Of a DNA stretch of 64,000 nucleotides, positions 49,291 through 63,773 are shown in pieces (the first letter of the stretch is position 1; each line of letters starts with the position of its first letter). The notes under the pieces were generated by a model. That model was given only the letters and a program-made list of their open reading frames with translations, did no database searches and was not told the origin of the DNA. The stretch comes from Tubiluchus corallicola (lineage: Eukaryota > Animalia > Priapulida), in contig JAQGDQ010001057.1 of assembly GCA_030141605.1 (NCBI GenBank), forward strand, positions 2,814-66,813, given 5' to 3'. Both the position numbers and the translations under genes were made by a program.

Positions 49291-49980
49291 TTGTCAGGTT
49301 AGCGCCAGCTCACACGGAATACCACCAGATTGTCTGCTAGAGACGTGAACGAAGCCTAGAGCGTTGAACCGAGTTATTATTGTAATAGACTTGATCTTTG
49401 CAGCCAGATTTCCTGTCTGTTGTGCTTAGGAAATTGTTATTGTGATGGTTATTCACGTGATGGTTGCTTAATGTCAGAATGCCTGCATGGAAGTGATTGA
49501 ATGTGCGATTGCAATAATGTTTATCACGTTTGGAAAGTTGAGTGAATTTTGGTGAACTTTGAGTCGCAGGATTATATGGATAACGTCGTTTAGTGATTCA
49601 CAGGAGACTTCCAGGATGTTTTTCGTTCGAGTTTTTCCATCACACAATCGGAAACGGAAAATGTAAGTGTGAATTTAGAAACTTAATGTTCTGAATGATA
49701 GTTAATTCGTGTCAATCTGCGCGCGTGATATCGACTGCATTCTCTAGCACGAGAGGTTCTGAGACTTCCAGATCAGATTTCACCCCTAAGAAGCTTTGAT
49801 TTCTTTATTCCTTTCTCATCTGGATTGTCATTTTGTCAGTTGCTATGATTTTAGCATTATAGTAATTTTTAAAGGCATTTGTCAAACTTTTTTATTACAT
49901 AAAAATGAAAAAAAGAACTTTGGTTCATTGTTTATTAAATTTTTCCGTTTCCTTTTATAAATATACGTACGGTACCATAT

Positions 49981-50017
49981 GGTAGTAGTAGGTAGTAGTA
50001 GTAGAAGAAGAAGAAGA

Positions 50018-50097
<80 letters not shown>

Positions 50098-50210
50098 CAG
50101 TGGCAGTGGCAGTGGCAGTGGCAGTGGCAGTGGCAGTGGCAGTGGCAGTGGCAGTGGCAGTGGCAGTGGCAGTGGCAGTGGCAGTGGCAGTGGCAGTGGC
50201 AGTGGCAGTG

Positions 50211-50262
<52 letters not shown>

Positions 50263-50299
50263 CAGTAGCAGTAGCAGTAGCAGTAGCAGTAGCAGTAGC

Positions 50300-50343
<44 letters not shown>

Positions 50344-50457
50344 CAGTAGTAGTAATAGTAGCAGTAGTAGTAGCAGCAGCAGCAACAACAGTAGCAGCAG
50401 CAGTAACAGCAGCCGTAGCACCAGCGGTAGTAGCAGCAGCAGTAGCAGCAGCAGCAG

Positions 50458-50497
<40 letters not shown>

Positions 50498-50716
50498 AGC
50501 CGCAGCAGTAACAGCAGTAGTAGTAGTTGTAGTAGTAGCAGTAGCAGTAACAGTAAGAGCAGCAGAAGCAGTAGCAGTAGTAACAGCAGCAGTAGTAACA
50601 GCAGCAGTAGTAGCAGCAGCAGTAGTAACAGCAGCAGTAGTAACAGCAGCAGTAGTAACAGTAAGAGCAGCAGTAGCAGTAGCAGTAACAGCAGCAGTAG
50701 CAGCAGTAGTAGTAGT
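49981..50716. repeat. Compound (AGT)/(AGTGGC)/(AGC)n microsatellite
   Basis: Directly visible. Confidence 0.95.
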
Positions 50717-51836
50717 TTCTGTCGCTTCGTGTATCCTATCACAGTTAATTTTGCCATCGTAGTGAATGTGATTTAAAGTAGACTAAATCATAGCTCATGT
50801 ATAACACGTTATTTAACCAAAGAGCTGCAAGAGTTAAGAATTAACGCTATTAGTTTGCGAAGCAGCTCATAATCCCCGCTTCGGGACATGGTGCAAACAT
50901 TGATTGGAAAGTCATAGATATGTAAAAGAACCCGTGTAGTGCGCGTTGGTAAAAATACTACTTGCCATTATTGAGTATGACGTCACGGCTTTCGTGGTCC
51001 AGTGCACAAGTTTCCAAAGTGCGAGCGTGCACCACTGATTGGCCAAAAACACATTAAATAATGATTATTGACAATATGGAGTATTTTAAACTTTTGCTTA
51101 GGTAGTGAAGAGGGCGCTACGAATGCTGTGATTGCTTTTTCGAACTTTACGCAGTTTTTTCTAAACTTGTTTCAAATGACGTATCGTTAAAATGGCTGCT
51201 CCTAATGGTAATCGTGGGACTTTAAATTTTATACAGCGTTACTGCTAACCCAAGATCTATATGCAATGAGACAGCATGTAGGTGACACAAAATTTCAAGA
51301 CAGATTTTTAAGCTTTATTTACGAAGCGCGTTTTTTTGTATTTAAATAAGGTTTTGAAAGTTTGATGAAACTGTTATAACTCAAGAATTGCGTGCTAATC
51401 CTAAACCTACTAAAATTTAAAACTCAGATCAGGTCAACCATCCAGTGACATTCTCTTCAAATTGTTGCAGAACTACGTAAAGTGTACTAAACGTTTTGCT
51501 AACTGATTGTACGTGTAATTGTATGATTAATTGTAACTTGAATTATTTTGAATTTTGGTAATTCGAATTAAGTATCAGTTATCGATCAATCACACTTTTG
51601 TATAAATACTAGGATGATGTACATTGATAATTGTTTTTGGTATCGCTTCTGTACTCTGTGAGTTTTGTATATTTCAATTTTAAGTGTTAACTAATGAATT
51701 ACTCGTGTTTTTGAACTAACTATGTATGTAACTGTATTCTTGATAACCAGTTGTATATATATTTGTTCTCAACTAAAGTGTATTTTGTTGCACAGTGGAA
51801 AAACTCCATTCCATTACTGTATGTTAATTCACTTAA

Positions 51837-52380
51837 AGGAAGACAGGATGATTTTTCATATACTATCCCACCTTCAAGTACTGTAAAAAGTACATGTATT
51901 AACACCAATAATGCAGGAAAAGCATTTCTGATAGTTAAAATCCTAATTAACAGCGTGCGAGTCCAACTCTTGATGACATCACAAACTAACATAATTTTCA
52001 AAAGCAAAGATATTCCATGAGCGTTTTGCACGTGTTTGCGGAAGCGAAAATTGAAGTACAGTGCTACTGTAGGAGATTCAGTGTGTTTTACTAAAACTGG
52101 ACAAATTTTCAGATAAAAATTCAAATTTCACATTTACCGCTGTGCTCGCGCGTGAGCTGTCAAACGTGTGCAGTTCGTCACAAACTAACACATCTGAACT
52201 GAAAGGCACAGCACATATTTTTGTGCAATGCACCAAGAATACAGGCGATAGCGCCTGTCTAACTAGCGAATAGTGAAATGCAAGTAACAGCGAAGAACTA
52301 GTGGCGTGAACGTGAAATTGTGTTTGGGTGGTAATAATTCTTTCACGTAAGTCATTTTTGGAAAAAATAGTGTGTTACCT
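51837..52380. mobile_element. Kolobok-like non-autonomous element (family of 21827)
   Basis: TTAA|AGGAAGACAGG start; homologous to the reverse complement of 7593-8351. Confidence 0.6.
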
Positions 52381-52420
52381 TTCAATAATTTATAGTAGAT
52401 TATTTTGACTTACAGTTTAA

Positions 52421-52879
52421 CCCTTTCAGTCCCAAATTATTTTTTAATAAGAAAAAAGTTTTTGGCTTTGTACTTTTATTCAGTATGTCCATCTTGTTTA
52501 CACGTAATAATTATTTTTTTCTACCTGTGCCCGCATGCTAAATATAGTCTGTATCCCACGGGATACATTGGGATTCAATGGAAGCATAAAATATCCTTCA
52601 TTTTGCAACTGCTGATAATTTTTTAAAGTATTTAAGACATTTAGTATGTACGCTATGCCGATCTGTACAAAGTCGTCTCTAAAGTACTGTACCTTGCACA
52701 GTTTTTTATGCTATGTAGATTTTCTAGTTTACCATTTTATCACCATTTTTAGTCTATTGTTATTGGCTTAAATCAAAATAACTATTAACAGATCAAATAA
52801 CTGTCAGTTTTAAAATTTTATTAATTTTAAAAGCAGAAAATATTCTCGTATCCCACAGGATACAACGGGTATGAAAGGG
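52421..52879. mobile_element. piggyBac-like MITE, copy 3
   Basis: TTAA|CCCTTTCA...TGAAAGGG|TTAA. Confidence 0.88.
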
Positions 52880-54347
52880 TTAAGATTGGTTCCGGTTTGC
52901 TTTAAAAATAAATAAAGTTTACATATAAACTGTTATAATGCATTTCAGTTATTCAGAACGAATCGCTTCGGCCTGCCTTATTTACGGTAAATATCTAAAC
53001 TCAATTTGGAAAATTTTTGACTGTTTTTACTGCCGTTCAGGAAGTTTGTTTAAAAACGTCGGTTTGTTTAGAACGTTAAGCAACAAACAAGAGTTTGACT
53101 AACCCGAAAAGCACCGCAGCAGATGTTTGAGACATGCTTGGAGTGCTGCCTAAAACGTCTTGAGAACTTGAGAACACGGCTGCTGTTAATTGACTTGTTA
53201 AAAATTAATTATCTGCAACTTGGCATTTCGTACAGTCAACGGATGTGAAACGTGAGAAAGTCGAAATTTGCAATTTTTTTTGTGAAATCTTACGTAAGTT
53301 CCTTGAGTGTTTGTCTTTTTAAGACGAAATAAAGATCGAACGTCTTGATTATGTACGAGGTCTTTCACAGTTTCAGTGATTGATCATGATCGTGAAAAGG
53401 TCAAAGGTTAAGTGTACCAGACAGCACATTTGTGTACGCTTGACAACACCTCGCAACTCATGCTGTTGTAATAGTAACAGTTTTAACAGCTAGCTAGAAC
53501 CTTACCTAGCTTATTTTTTGTTCCCAAGCAAGATCCTGTTAGTAAATCACTCTATACACAGACAAATGCTTAATTAAGTCCCTGTGCAACAATTGAAGTT
53601 ACCAAACTGATGCAGCAGACGACTTTGCTCAGTTTATCCTGCTAGCAAATCACTTTATGCAAAGACAAATGCATAATTAAGCAAAGTCCATGTAAAACAA
53701 CTGACATTACTGAACTGATGTGGCAGACGGCTTTGGCTTACCCACACGTCACGTGGCGGTTGTACCTGAGACGAGTTGCTGTGGTACACTTAACGCAAAG
53801 GAACCTCTAGGAAGCCTAAACAATTTTCTTCTTTTTTCTCGTGCGGGACGAATTTTTAAGAATTTATAAAAATGAAATTTAAAGTGACCACGTACATAGC
53901 CTTCCCACTGAAAGCATTCCACTGTACTCCACCGAGATTCATGCACATGAACACGTGACTGCGCGGCATCCTATTATCCACCTACGTACAAGATTCAGAC
54001 AAAGAGATTCTGCCATACAACACGCATATCATCCAATTCTCAGCGGAATTGCACTGCTAGCGATATCAGATTCTTATAAATTCCCCATGTATCACATTCG
54101 TTTGATAGTTATGCACGTGGAATATGGGTCGCTCCAGTCTGTAATTATAGGCCTTTGTGGAAGAATAAAACATCTGTAGAATGAGTGGTGATACTATCGG
54201 AAAGAAAGCAGCTGAATTATTGACAATATCGTTTGGACATTCTTAGATGTAGAATATCTGTTTTCCCTCGGGCCGCTTATCTGGGCAATTCATTAGTAGG
54301 AAACGGCTAAAGTTTAGAATTCCCCTAAGAGATTAGTTCGTGAAGCG

Positions 54348-54850
54348 GATTAGGATTAGGGTTAGGATTCGGGTTGGGGTTAGGGTTTGTGTTAGGGATA
54401 GTGTTAGGATTAAGGTTATGGTTTGTGTTAGGGTTAGGGTTAGGATTGGGTTAAAGTTAGGATTACGAATATTTTAAGGTTTGGGTTAAGGTTACTTTTA
54501 GGGTTAGGATTGGGGTATGGTTAGGATTAGGATTAGGATTAGGGTTTGGGTTAAGGTTGAAGTTAGGGTTAGGGCTGAAGTTAGTTTTAAGGTTGAAGTT
54601 AGGGTTAAGGTTACTTTTTGGTTAGGATTGGGGTATGGTTAGGATTAGGATTAGGGTTTGGGTTAAGGTTACTTTTTGGTTAGGATTGGGGTATGGTTAG
54701 GATTAGGATTAGGGTTTGGGTTAAGGTTGCTTTTTGGGTTAGGATTGGGTATGGTTAGGATTAGGATTAAGGTTTGGGTTAAGGTTGAAGTTAGGGTTAG
54801 GGCTGAAGTTAATTTTAAGGTTGAAGTTAGGGTTAAGGTTACTTTTTGGG
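54348..54850. repeat. Degenerate interstitial (TTAGGG)-like repeat
   Basis: ttaggg/ttagga/tttggg hexamers with higher-order repeated blocks. Confidence 0.85.
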
Positions 54851-54897
54851 TTTTTGTCGAAGTTTAACCGTGACAATTACAGACGCAGCATTAGCTA

Positions 54898-55136
54898 CTG
54901 GTTGGCATCCTTCTGCCTCGGAAGACAATGGAGTGTGCGCCAAGAGAGTCAATTATTGATCATGGAGCTGCAGCGTCGACTGTGGCTGAGCAGTCCGATC
55001 CTTGAACGGCTCCAGGGCGCACGCCTGGGCAAGGTGTATGGAGATCCTGAGTTGTCCAGACAACAGGAACCCCCTCTCTTCCTCCCTGGTGTAGTCCAAA
55101 GGAAAGCCGGTGTTTTCAACGTGATTTGGCCGTAGT
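54898..55136 (-). mobile_element. Internally deleted copy of the 5S/RTE SINE
   Basis: First 30 nt of 5S joined directly to the body (equivalent to 46422 of the full copy). Encodes SRIGLLSHSRRCS. 12-bp TSD CAGCATTAGCTA at 54886-54897 and 55137-55148. Confidence 0.85.
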
Positions 55137-55908
55137 CAGCATTAGCTAACTATTGTACTATTAGATGGAAAAGAAAGCACAGGTTTTGGGGAGACGTTTT
55201 GCAGGGGAGAAAACAATGTGGCAGGTAGCATCAGTCAGTGAAAGAACTGCAGTTAGATGCAAAACACTCAACTACATGCTTCTTCCAATAGAAAAAATCT
55301 TGTTTGTAGGTACTAAAGTGATCAAAACTCAGTTAATTAGAATTTTCTGAAAGCCAAATAGCAAAAATTGTCACAGGAAACTTGAAAACTCGCTATAATC
55401 ACCTAGGGAACGCTGGCTTCCCGTCTGCGCATTGTTGCGTAATGCGTATTCGGCTGTTAATGATCACGTTCCAATGAATACGGATCGCGCATCACGCATT
55501 ACGCACACGTGGAAACACTTTTACATGTTAAAATACAAACTGTTATATACGCATTACGAATCACGCATCACGCATTACGTACACATGGAAGCACTTCTAC
55601 ATGTTAAAATACAACCTGTTGTACACGCATTATGGATCACGCATCGCGCGTTACGTACAAATGAAGCCGTACCTTTACGCTGTTAGCTGCAGATATGAGT
55701 GGGTGGAATGCTCTAATAAATAGTAATGCCTCATTGTCCAGAATAGATGAAATGACACCCTGAAGGAAAACTCTAGTTTCAAGTAATGTAATTTGTCCCA
55801 AGTCTTTGGGGCAACCATTTCGTGTCACTGATGCAAAGCAAAGACGTCATTTATCACATCTCTGGTGCAACCAGATATTGGTAGCTTGTACCGCCAAGGA
55901 ACGGAACC

Positions 55909-56185
55909 AGCAATATGGGTAATCTGATTTATAAGTTAGCGTCCCAAGCAATGAAATCGGCAATATGGGTAATCTTATATATAAGTTAACGTCCCAAGCA
56001 ATGATATCAGCAATACGGGTAATCTTATTTATAAGTTAACGTCCCAGGCAATGAAATCAGCAATATGGGCAATCTCATTCATAAGTTAACGTCCCAAGCA
56101 ATGAAATCGGCAATATGGGTAATCTTATTTATAAGTTAACGTCTCAAGCAATGAAATCGGCAATACGGGTAATCTGATTTGTATG
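55909..56185. repeat. 50-bp minisatellite, about 5.5 copies
   Basis: caatatgggtaatct recurs at 55911, 55961 ... 56161. Confidence 0.92.
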
Positions 56186-56659
56186 TCAACGTCCTTCATT
56201 GTGTAAACCGTTTAATTTTTGTCCAACTCAAACGCGTCCTGTTCACGTTACACAAAGGTTTCTCCGATGGCTTCACAGACGTCCTCGAGCTGCTACAGGG
56301 CACTTTGTGCTTATCATGTTTATTAAATATACAGTTCATTAGTCAGGCGGTAATTTCCCCATTCTGGAGTGCCAACTTCGCTAATGGCTTCATAATTTAC
56401 TCGTTTATCAGGTTTCTGCGCCTGGTGTAGAAGCCAACGCAACACTACTGCTACTATTGTTCCGTAGATACAGTTGCCTTAACCTGACAATTATAGCCTT
56501 AGTCCCAATTATTATGATGATCGAAGTAATGAGATTTCAACAAATAGATTCATTGTCAATTTTTCACAGTTAAAAGGCGATTTGTTTTTCAGGAATATTA
56601 TCGATAATCCTTCATCTAGCTGCAACAATTCGACTGAGAACCCCCCCCCCCCCGCCATT

Positions 56660-57065
56660 ATTTTTCGACTTCTCAAACTGTGACATACACAGAACACTAT
56701 TACTGGATCAGTTCTGTGGTCAGACCCTAGAAATGCAAATAGGGACATTTTGTTTTGCCAAAAATTTGGGCGTTAACGAAGTTGTCATTATAAATAATTG
56801 CATATTTTTTGACTTCTCAAACTGTGACATACACAGAACACTATTACTGGATCAGTTCTGTGGTCAGACCCTAGAAATGCAAATAGGGACATTTTGTTTT
56901 GCCAAAAATTTGGGCGTTAACGAAGTTGTCATTATAACAAATTGCATATTTTTTGACTTCTCAAACTGTGACATACACAGAACACTATTACTGGATCAGT
57001 TCTGTGGTCAGACCCTAGAAATGTAAATAGAGACATTTTATTTTGCCAAAAATTTGGGCGTTAGC
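56660..57065. repeat. 147-bp tandem repeat, about 2.7 copies
   Basis: gacttctcaaactgtgacatacacagaacac occurs three times. Confidence 0.9.
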
Positions 57066-58190
57066 GAGGTTGGCGCTACTTTTCTTCAAGACGAATGACG
57101 TCATTGGAAGAAGAATTGGCATTGGAAATTGTAAAAATAAAGTGATCGCGACTTTAAAGTGATTTTAGTAACACGAGGCGCTTATTGCAGTTCTATTACT
57201 AAATACTTCTAAGATTTTTCGTGAACATTGAAATAAGCCTAACCTCCCAAAGGCTTGACCTCTCCTTTAAACTGATGTAATGCAATACATTATACTGCAT
57301 TACGTTACATTACAAAGTTACATTACGTTAAATTGCACCCGAAAAGCGCATAGCAGAATCTTCAGTTTATGTCTAATTTATCAACTCTAACGTAACAATT
57401 GCTGCCTTGTGATGCTGATGCACAAGGAGTAAATAATTATTAATGAACCGTCTAAGTAATCTTTAATGATGCTGTAGCTAATTGGTGCATCTGCTAATAT
57501 TGTTATTATAGAGGTCGCTTGTGTTCTATAATTTATGCGATGTCAGCTTCTCGGTTCGCACGAAGTTCAGCAGAGCCCACGCTGTTATTCATTGTTACAC
57601 ATCTATGCAACTTTGTTTGTTCGTTTGTCTGTCTGTCTGTTCGTTTGTCTGTTTGTTCGTTTGCCAAGTTTGTTATTTTTGCGCAGCAGGTAAAATAAAC
57701 CTGCACAACACATATTTTAGTTTCTTGTTTGTGAAGCTTGGCTGCAAGTGGTGTAAGTTAGTAGCTAGTGTTAACCGGCAGGACCACTTAATGTGCATGG
57801 GTGCGGCGGGACTGGAACCTGTTTTATTTAGTTAATAGGATAAAACATTGAATCAGTAAAAAGCTGTATATATCTTAGCCACATTTGGGTGCTTATACAT
57901 CAAAATGCATTTCATTTCAAAATCTATGGTCTTATCTATGGTTTACATTTTAATGTTTGTGCTCACTAAGGTTTCCCTCATTGTTTTCAAGCGGGCCTAC
58001 CACGAGGCGTTACATCCGCTAGACTTATCATGGCAGCAGTCTTTGTGAATAAACAGATTAATAAGCAAGAAACATTTATGTTAAATGTTCTTTAAAGTTT
58101 CTAACAATGTTACAAATGTTGTCAAGACGTTACTTGTATACATTAGAGAAGACTGCAAAATAATTAAGCCTTTTCATGGCTTAACTCTTT

Positions 58191-58657
58191 AAGGGGTGTG
58201 CAAATTACCAGACTAGCCGGGCCCGCAATTCCGGCGGGCCACAGACAGTTTGATCAAGGATCCAAGTACAGAAAGGCCTAATAACGATTTTTTTGAATCC
58301 GACCTGCGTACATCATTACTACTGCACTCAAGAAACTATTTTAGAAGTTATTAAAATTTATATTACAAACCATGTATTTTACTTTCAGGACAGATTGTGG
58401 TAATTTCATTACAATGCATATTAGTAATGTGTATCACACAGTCTGTGTAGTACAGTGACATTAAGCTACAACCGTCTTGTAAGGGTTAATGGCATCCGAT
58501 CTAGTAGAAAAAACTAACCGCACTATCTTTGGGATCGTGGCATGGACTTCAGCTGGATACACCCAATTAATCGCCCGGGCCGCACTTTCATTAGGTTGAC
58601 AAATCTCTTCGGGGGCCGCACAAATTCTCTCGGTGGGCCGCAATTTGCACACCCCTG
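58191..58657. mobile_element. hAT MITE family 1, copy 4
   Basis: AGGGGTGTGCAAA...TTTGCACACCCCTG with the same internal sequence as 30088-30589. TSD unclear. Confidence 0.82.
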
Positions 58658-60554
58658 ATTTAAGTCCTTCAGAACCGCAAGCGTTTGCTGCATTTTGTAC
58701 GGGTTCTTGAAGTACTGCTCTCACTAAGCAACGGTTACCTTGTATTTAATAATCTTTGTAGATTTCTACTCCTCACACAATGGATTTTCATGCAAAACTA
58801 TATATGAAATGCATCTGCTTACCTTAGACAAATTAAAATCGATTTTTGATGAAAAAATTTGAAAAGCTTTCAGTTACCGCAGTGTTTTGCACTGTAACAA
58901 TGTTGTGTGTGAAATCGGCTAATGCAGAAAATTTCAACTATCCAGGACACAGCACTCTGACACACTTTCGCCTCAAGTCTACTCTACTTCTAAGGATGAA
59001 TTCCTGTCACAAGACGAAACAATTTTGATTTCTACAAATGTAGCAAGCAGGCTATCAAACGATCAGACTAAGCTACTCGACTACCAGACAAAATGCCCCC
59101 TGTAAAGCATAAAGTTGATTTATACTACCGCTGTGTAGTAATTTTTAGTATTTCAATATTCAAAATTTTTAGCTACCGTTCACTTGAAAGTTAAGACGTT
59201 ATTGGTGGATAATTTTTATCTAATCTTATCATTTGCAAAAAATATTATGCGCTCATGGAAATTGACACTGCGCTGCTTTTCTTTGGTCCACAAATGACGT
59301 CATTGGTGGAAGAATGGGCGTCCAAAAATTGGAGTGCCCAAGCGTGAAATGATCGCGACTCTAAAGTAAGTTTCCTAATTTTAAACGAGGAGGTTCTCTC
59401 ACTTTTATTAACTAACATTGAAATAAGTCTGACTTCCCAGAAGGCTTGACTTTTCCTTTAACTCACCAACTAACTAAACAGTTTGCGTGTTAGTTTCATT
59501 GAGCTAAAGTATTAATTACTAATTAGATTCATTTTTGTTGTTAATTTAGAGCGACATAAAGTAAATTACGTTTCGTTGTGCACACACGCAGTTGCTGTAG
59601 GTCAAAGGTCAAGTGTATCTTAGCTACGCATCTTAACTACAGCCGTCACATGACACGCGGAAAAAACAAAAGTCCTCTGTCGCATCAGTTCAGTAACTTC
59701 AGTTGTTTTACGTGGACTTTACTTAATTATGCATTAGTCTGTGTGATTTACTAGCAGGATCTTGCCTGAGAAGAAGAAAAAATGAACTAGGTAAGGTTCT
59801 AGCTAGATGCTAAAACTGTTACTGTTACAATAGCATGGGCTATGAGGTGTTGTCCAGTGAACACAAATGTGCTGTCTCGTTCACTTAACCTTTGACCTTT
59901 GGACGATCGCCACCAATTGCTGGAACTGTGAAAAGGCTTATACAAAAGTAGACAATGCCAAGACAGCCGTAAAAGATATTTTAAATAAAATTCCAGGATT
60001 TTGCAAGCAATTATAACCTGCACTTTTTCATTACTGCTTTTTCTGATTGCCAATATTTCAAAGAGCAACTCTCAGAGGAATTTCTATCATAAAGTATCAG
60101 AATGTGTAATTTTTCTTACTGTAATTTGAAGTGAAACCGTGATCTCCTGCACGCGAAAGGCTTTGATTTAACGTATTTTTATGCACTTCCGGTTTTCTGT
60201 GCAAGACGAATACATTTTTCCAGGGCTTGCTTGTGGCGGGACCGGTGCCACGTTGTGCTTCCGCAATGAAATAAGAATCAATGTTGATGAGGCGCCACCC
60301 TGCATGAAGTAAACAGACAGAATCGGTACGACGAATGAAGTCACCTAGAGCCATTGTTGAATTCAGGTAGTTAATGAACCAGTCCCTTACGAGACTCAAT
60401 ATTGCTTAACTTCCGTAGCAAAACATATACAATGACCACTCAGCTATTTTTCAGTTTTTTGACTTCAAAATACCAGAAGTCATTTAACAACTGTTCATAT
60501 CCCCACTTTACTTCTCCATTCCCTCAACTCCCTCTGTCTTTCTCTTCTCACTTT

Positions 60555-61680
<1,126 letters not shown>

Positions 61681-61939
61681 AGAATGCAGTTTACAGCTTC
61701 TCAATCCACTCTGTGAGCAACTCTCTCTCTAATCTGCTCTCTCTGACCTCAAATACGGTTTCGCATTCTGACGATATTACTGAATTAGGGTTGACATAGA
61801 ATGCACGATATTCCACCATTGATTTACCATCGCTGGCTCCCTATGGTATACTTTAATGAGCCGAGGAGTCAAGATTAAACCGATTTGCTTGGACAATTCC
61901 ACTGAATCACGAATGTGGTATTATAACCGCTGGGTGGTA

Positions 61940-62313
61940 GATAGACTGTACACGCAACATATGATATCGTGAGGACATTGTAAAATTAAAGGAGAAATCA
62001 ACAATATTGACTGTACATAGACTGTACACGCAACATATGATATCGTGAGGACATTGTAAAATTAAAGGAGAAATCAACAATATTGGCTGTACATAGACTG
62101 TACACGCAACATATGATATCGTGAGGACATTGTAAAATTAAAGGAGAAATCAACAATATTGACTGTACATAGACTGTACACGCAGCATATGATATCGTGA
62201 GGACATTGTAAAATTAAAGGACAAATCAACAATATTGACTGTACATAGACTGTACACGCAGCATATGATATCGTGAGGACATTGTAAAATTAAAGGACAA
62301 ATCAACAATATTG
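61940..62313. repeat. 76-bp minisatellite x5
   Basis: atagactgtacacgcaacatatgatatcgtgaggacattgtaaaattaaaggagaaatcaacaatattg. Confidence 0.93.
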
Positions 62314-63773
62314 TTTGTATTTTAATATACAATTAAAAACATTGAAAATTACCACGTAATATATGCGCAAAACATGCCTTGTTTAAAAATGCACAAAAAA
62401 TTTAGATTATTCATTTTTCCTGAGAATCGAACCTCGCCGTGGGCATATTTGAAAAAAATGACGTAAGCTGGTGGACAGCCTGAACGCCGTGAAGGTACCC
62501 GTCAAATAATTCGTGTTTAATTTGTGTTTATGTAAGAATTAGTCGTTATTCCATACATCAGAATTATAATTCAAAATGTGTAAGTACTGTGTAATGTGTT
62601 GAAAATTAATTTACAGAGTTTCAGATAAGCATTTCTGCTAGATTACTGTAGATGCTGAGCGTGTTACTTCGTTAACAGAATTCTGTTTTATCTTGGTAAA
62701 ATAATTATTCTCTTAACTTGTCGGGATCATCATGCTACTTAGTGGGCAGCGAAATTATCAAGAAGCAAATATAGTATTAATAATTTCCGAAAGCGTTGCA
62801 AAAAACAGGTGCTGTACGTTTCAGTTTGGATGTGTTAGTTTATGACGAACTGCACACGTTCGACAGCTCATGCGTGAACAACACAGCGGTAAATTTGAAA
62901 TTTGAATTTTTATTTTGAAACTTGCCTAGTTTTAGTACAACACACTGAATCTGTTATAGCAGCACTGTACTTCAATTTTCGCTTTCGCAAACACGTGCAA
63001 CACGCTCGTGGAATATTTTTGCTGTTTGTTGAAAATTATGTTCGTTTGTGATGTCATGAATAGTTGGGCTCGCCCGCCGTTAATGAAGTTTTTAATCCAT
63101 TATGATTCGCTTTTGCAATATTATTTGTTCTAAAATGTATACTTTTTACCGTACTTGAAAATGGGGTGGTATGTGAAAAATCACCCTGTCTTCTCTTAAC
63201 TAGCTGAGTTAGTGGTTTTGTTGTATTATCGTCCGTAACTGGTTTTCGTTATATAGGGGGCCACAGGATTTATCAAAAAGCAAAAATAGCATTAATATTT
63301 TTTAGTTTAACATTTTGATTGCTTATAGTTGGTAACAAAACCTGCAGCTGAAAAAGATTGCTCAAGTACGTGGCATGATAAATATTTATATTGTATGGTA
63401 ACCTAATGACGCCATATTTTTGTTCAAAATGAGAGCACTCAAGCGTGAAGTGATCGAGACTTTGAACTGATTTTACTAATTATACGAGGAGCTTATCACG
63501 ATTTTATTGCTGAAACTTTCTAGCGTTTTTCTCAAATCTTAAAATACTTTACTTGGCTTCGCCTTTAAGTTGGGGTTAATTCCAGGTTATTATACTGCCA
63601 CCAGTAACTGGTTATGATGGCATAGTAGACAAAGAAATGCATTAAAGGCAAAAAATAGTATTAATCATTTCTAGTTTAACATTTTGGATTGTTTTGGTTG
63701 GTAATTGTAACTGTAGCTGGTTGCTCAAGCACCAGGCAAATAAGTGTTTATATTGCACGCTTACAAGATGATG

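Noticed and set aside
49882-50776. Poly-Ser/Gly-Ser, poly-Leu and poly-Val/Ala ORFs
   Set aside because: Pure AGT/AGC/AGTGGC microsatellite, open in several frames on both strands.
56200-56490. Coding-looking unique segment on the - strand (e.g. QKPDKRVNYEAISEVGTPEWGNYRL)
   Set aside because: Stops in all three frames and no family I can recognise. It may be a decayed gene or TE fragment; BLASTX would decide.
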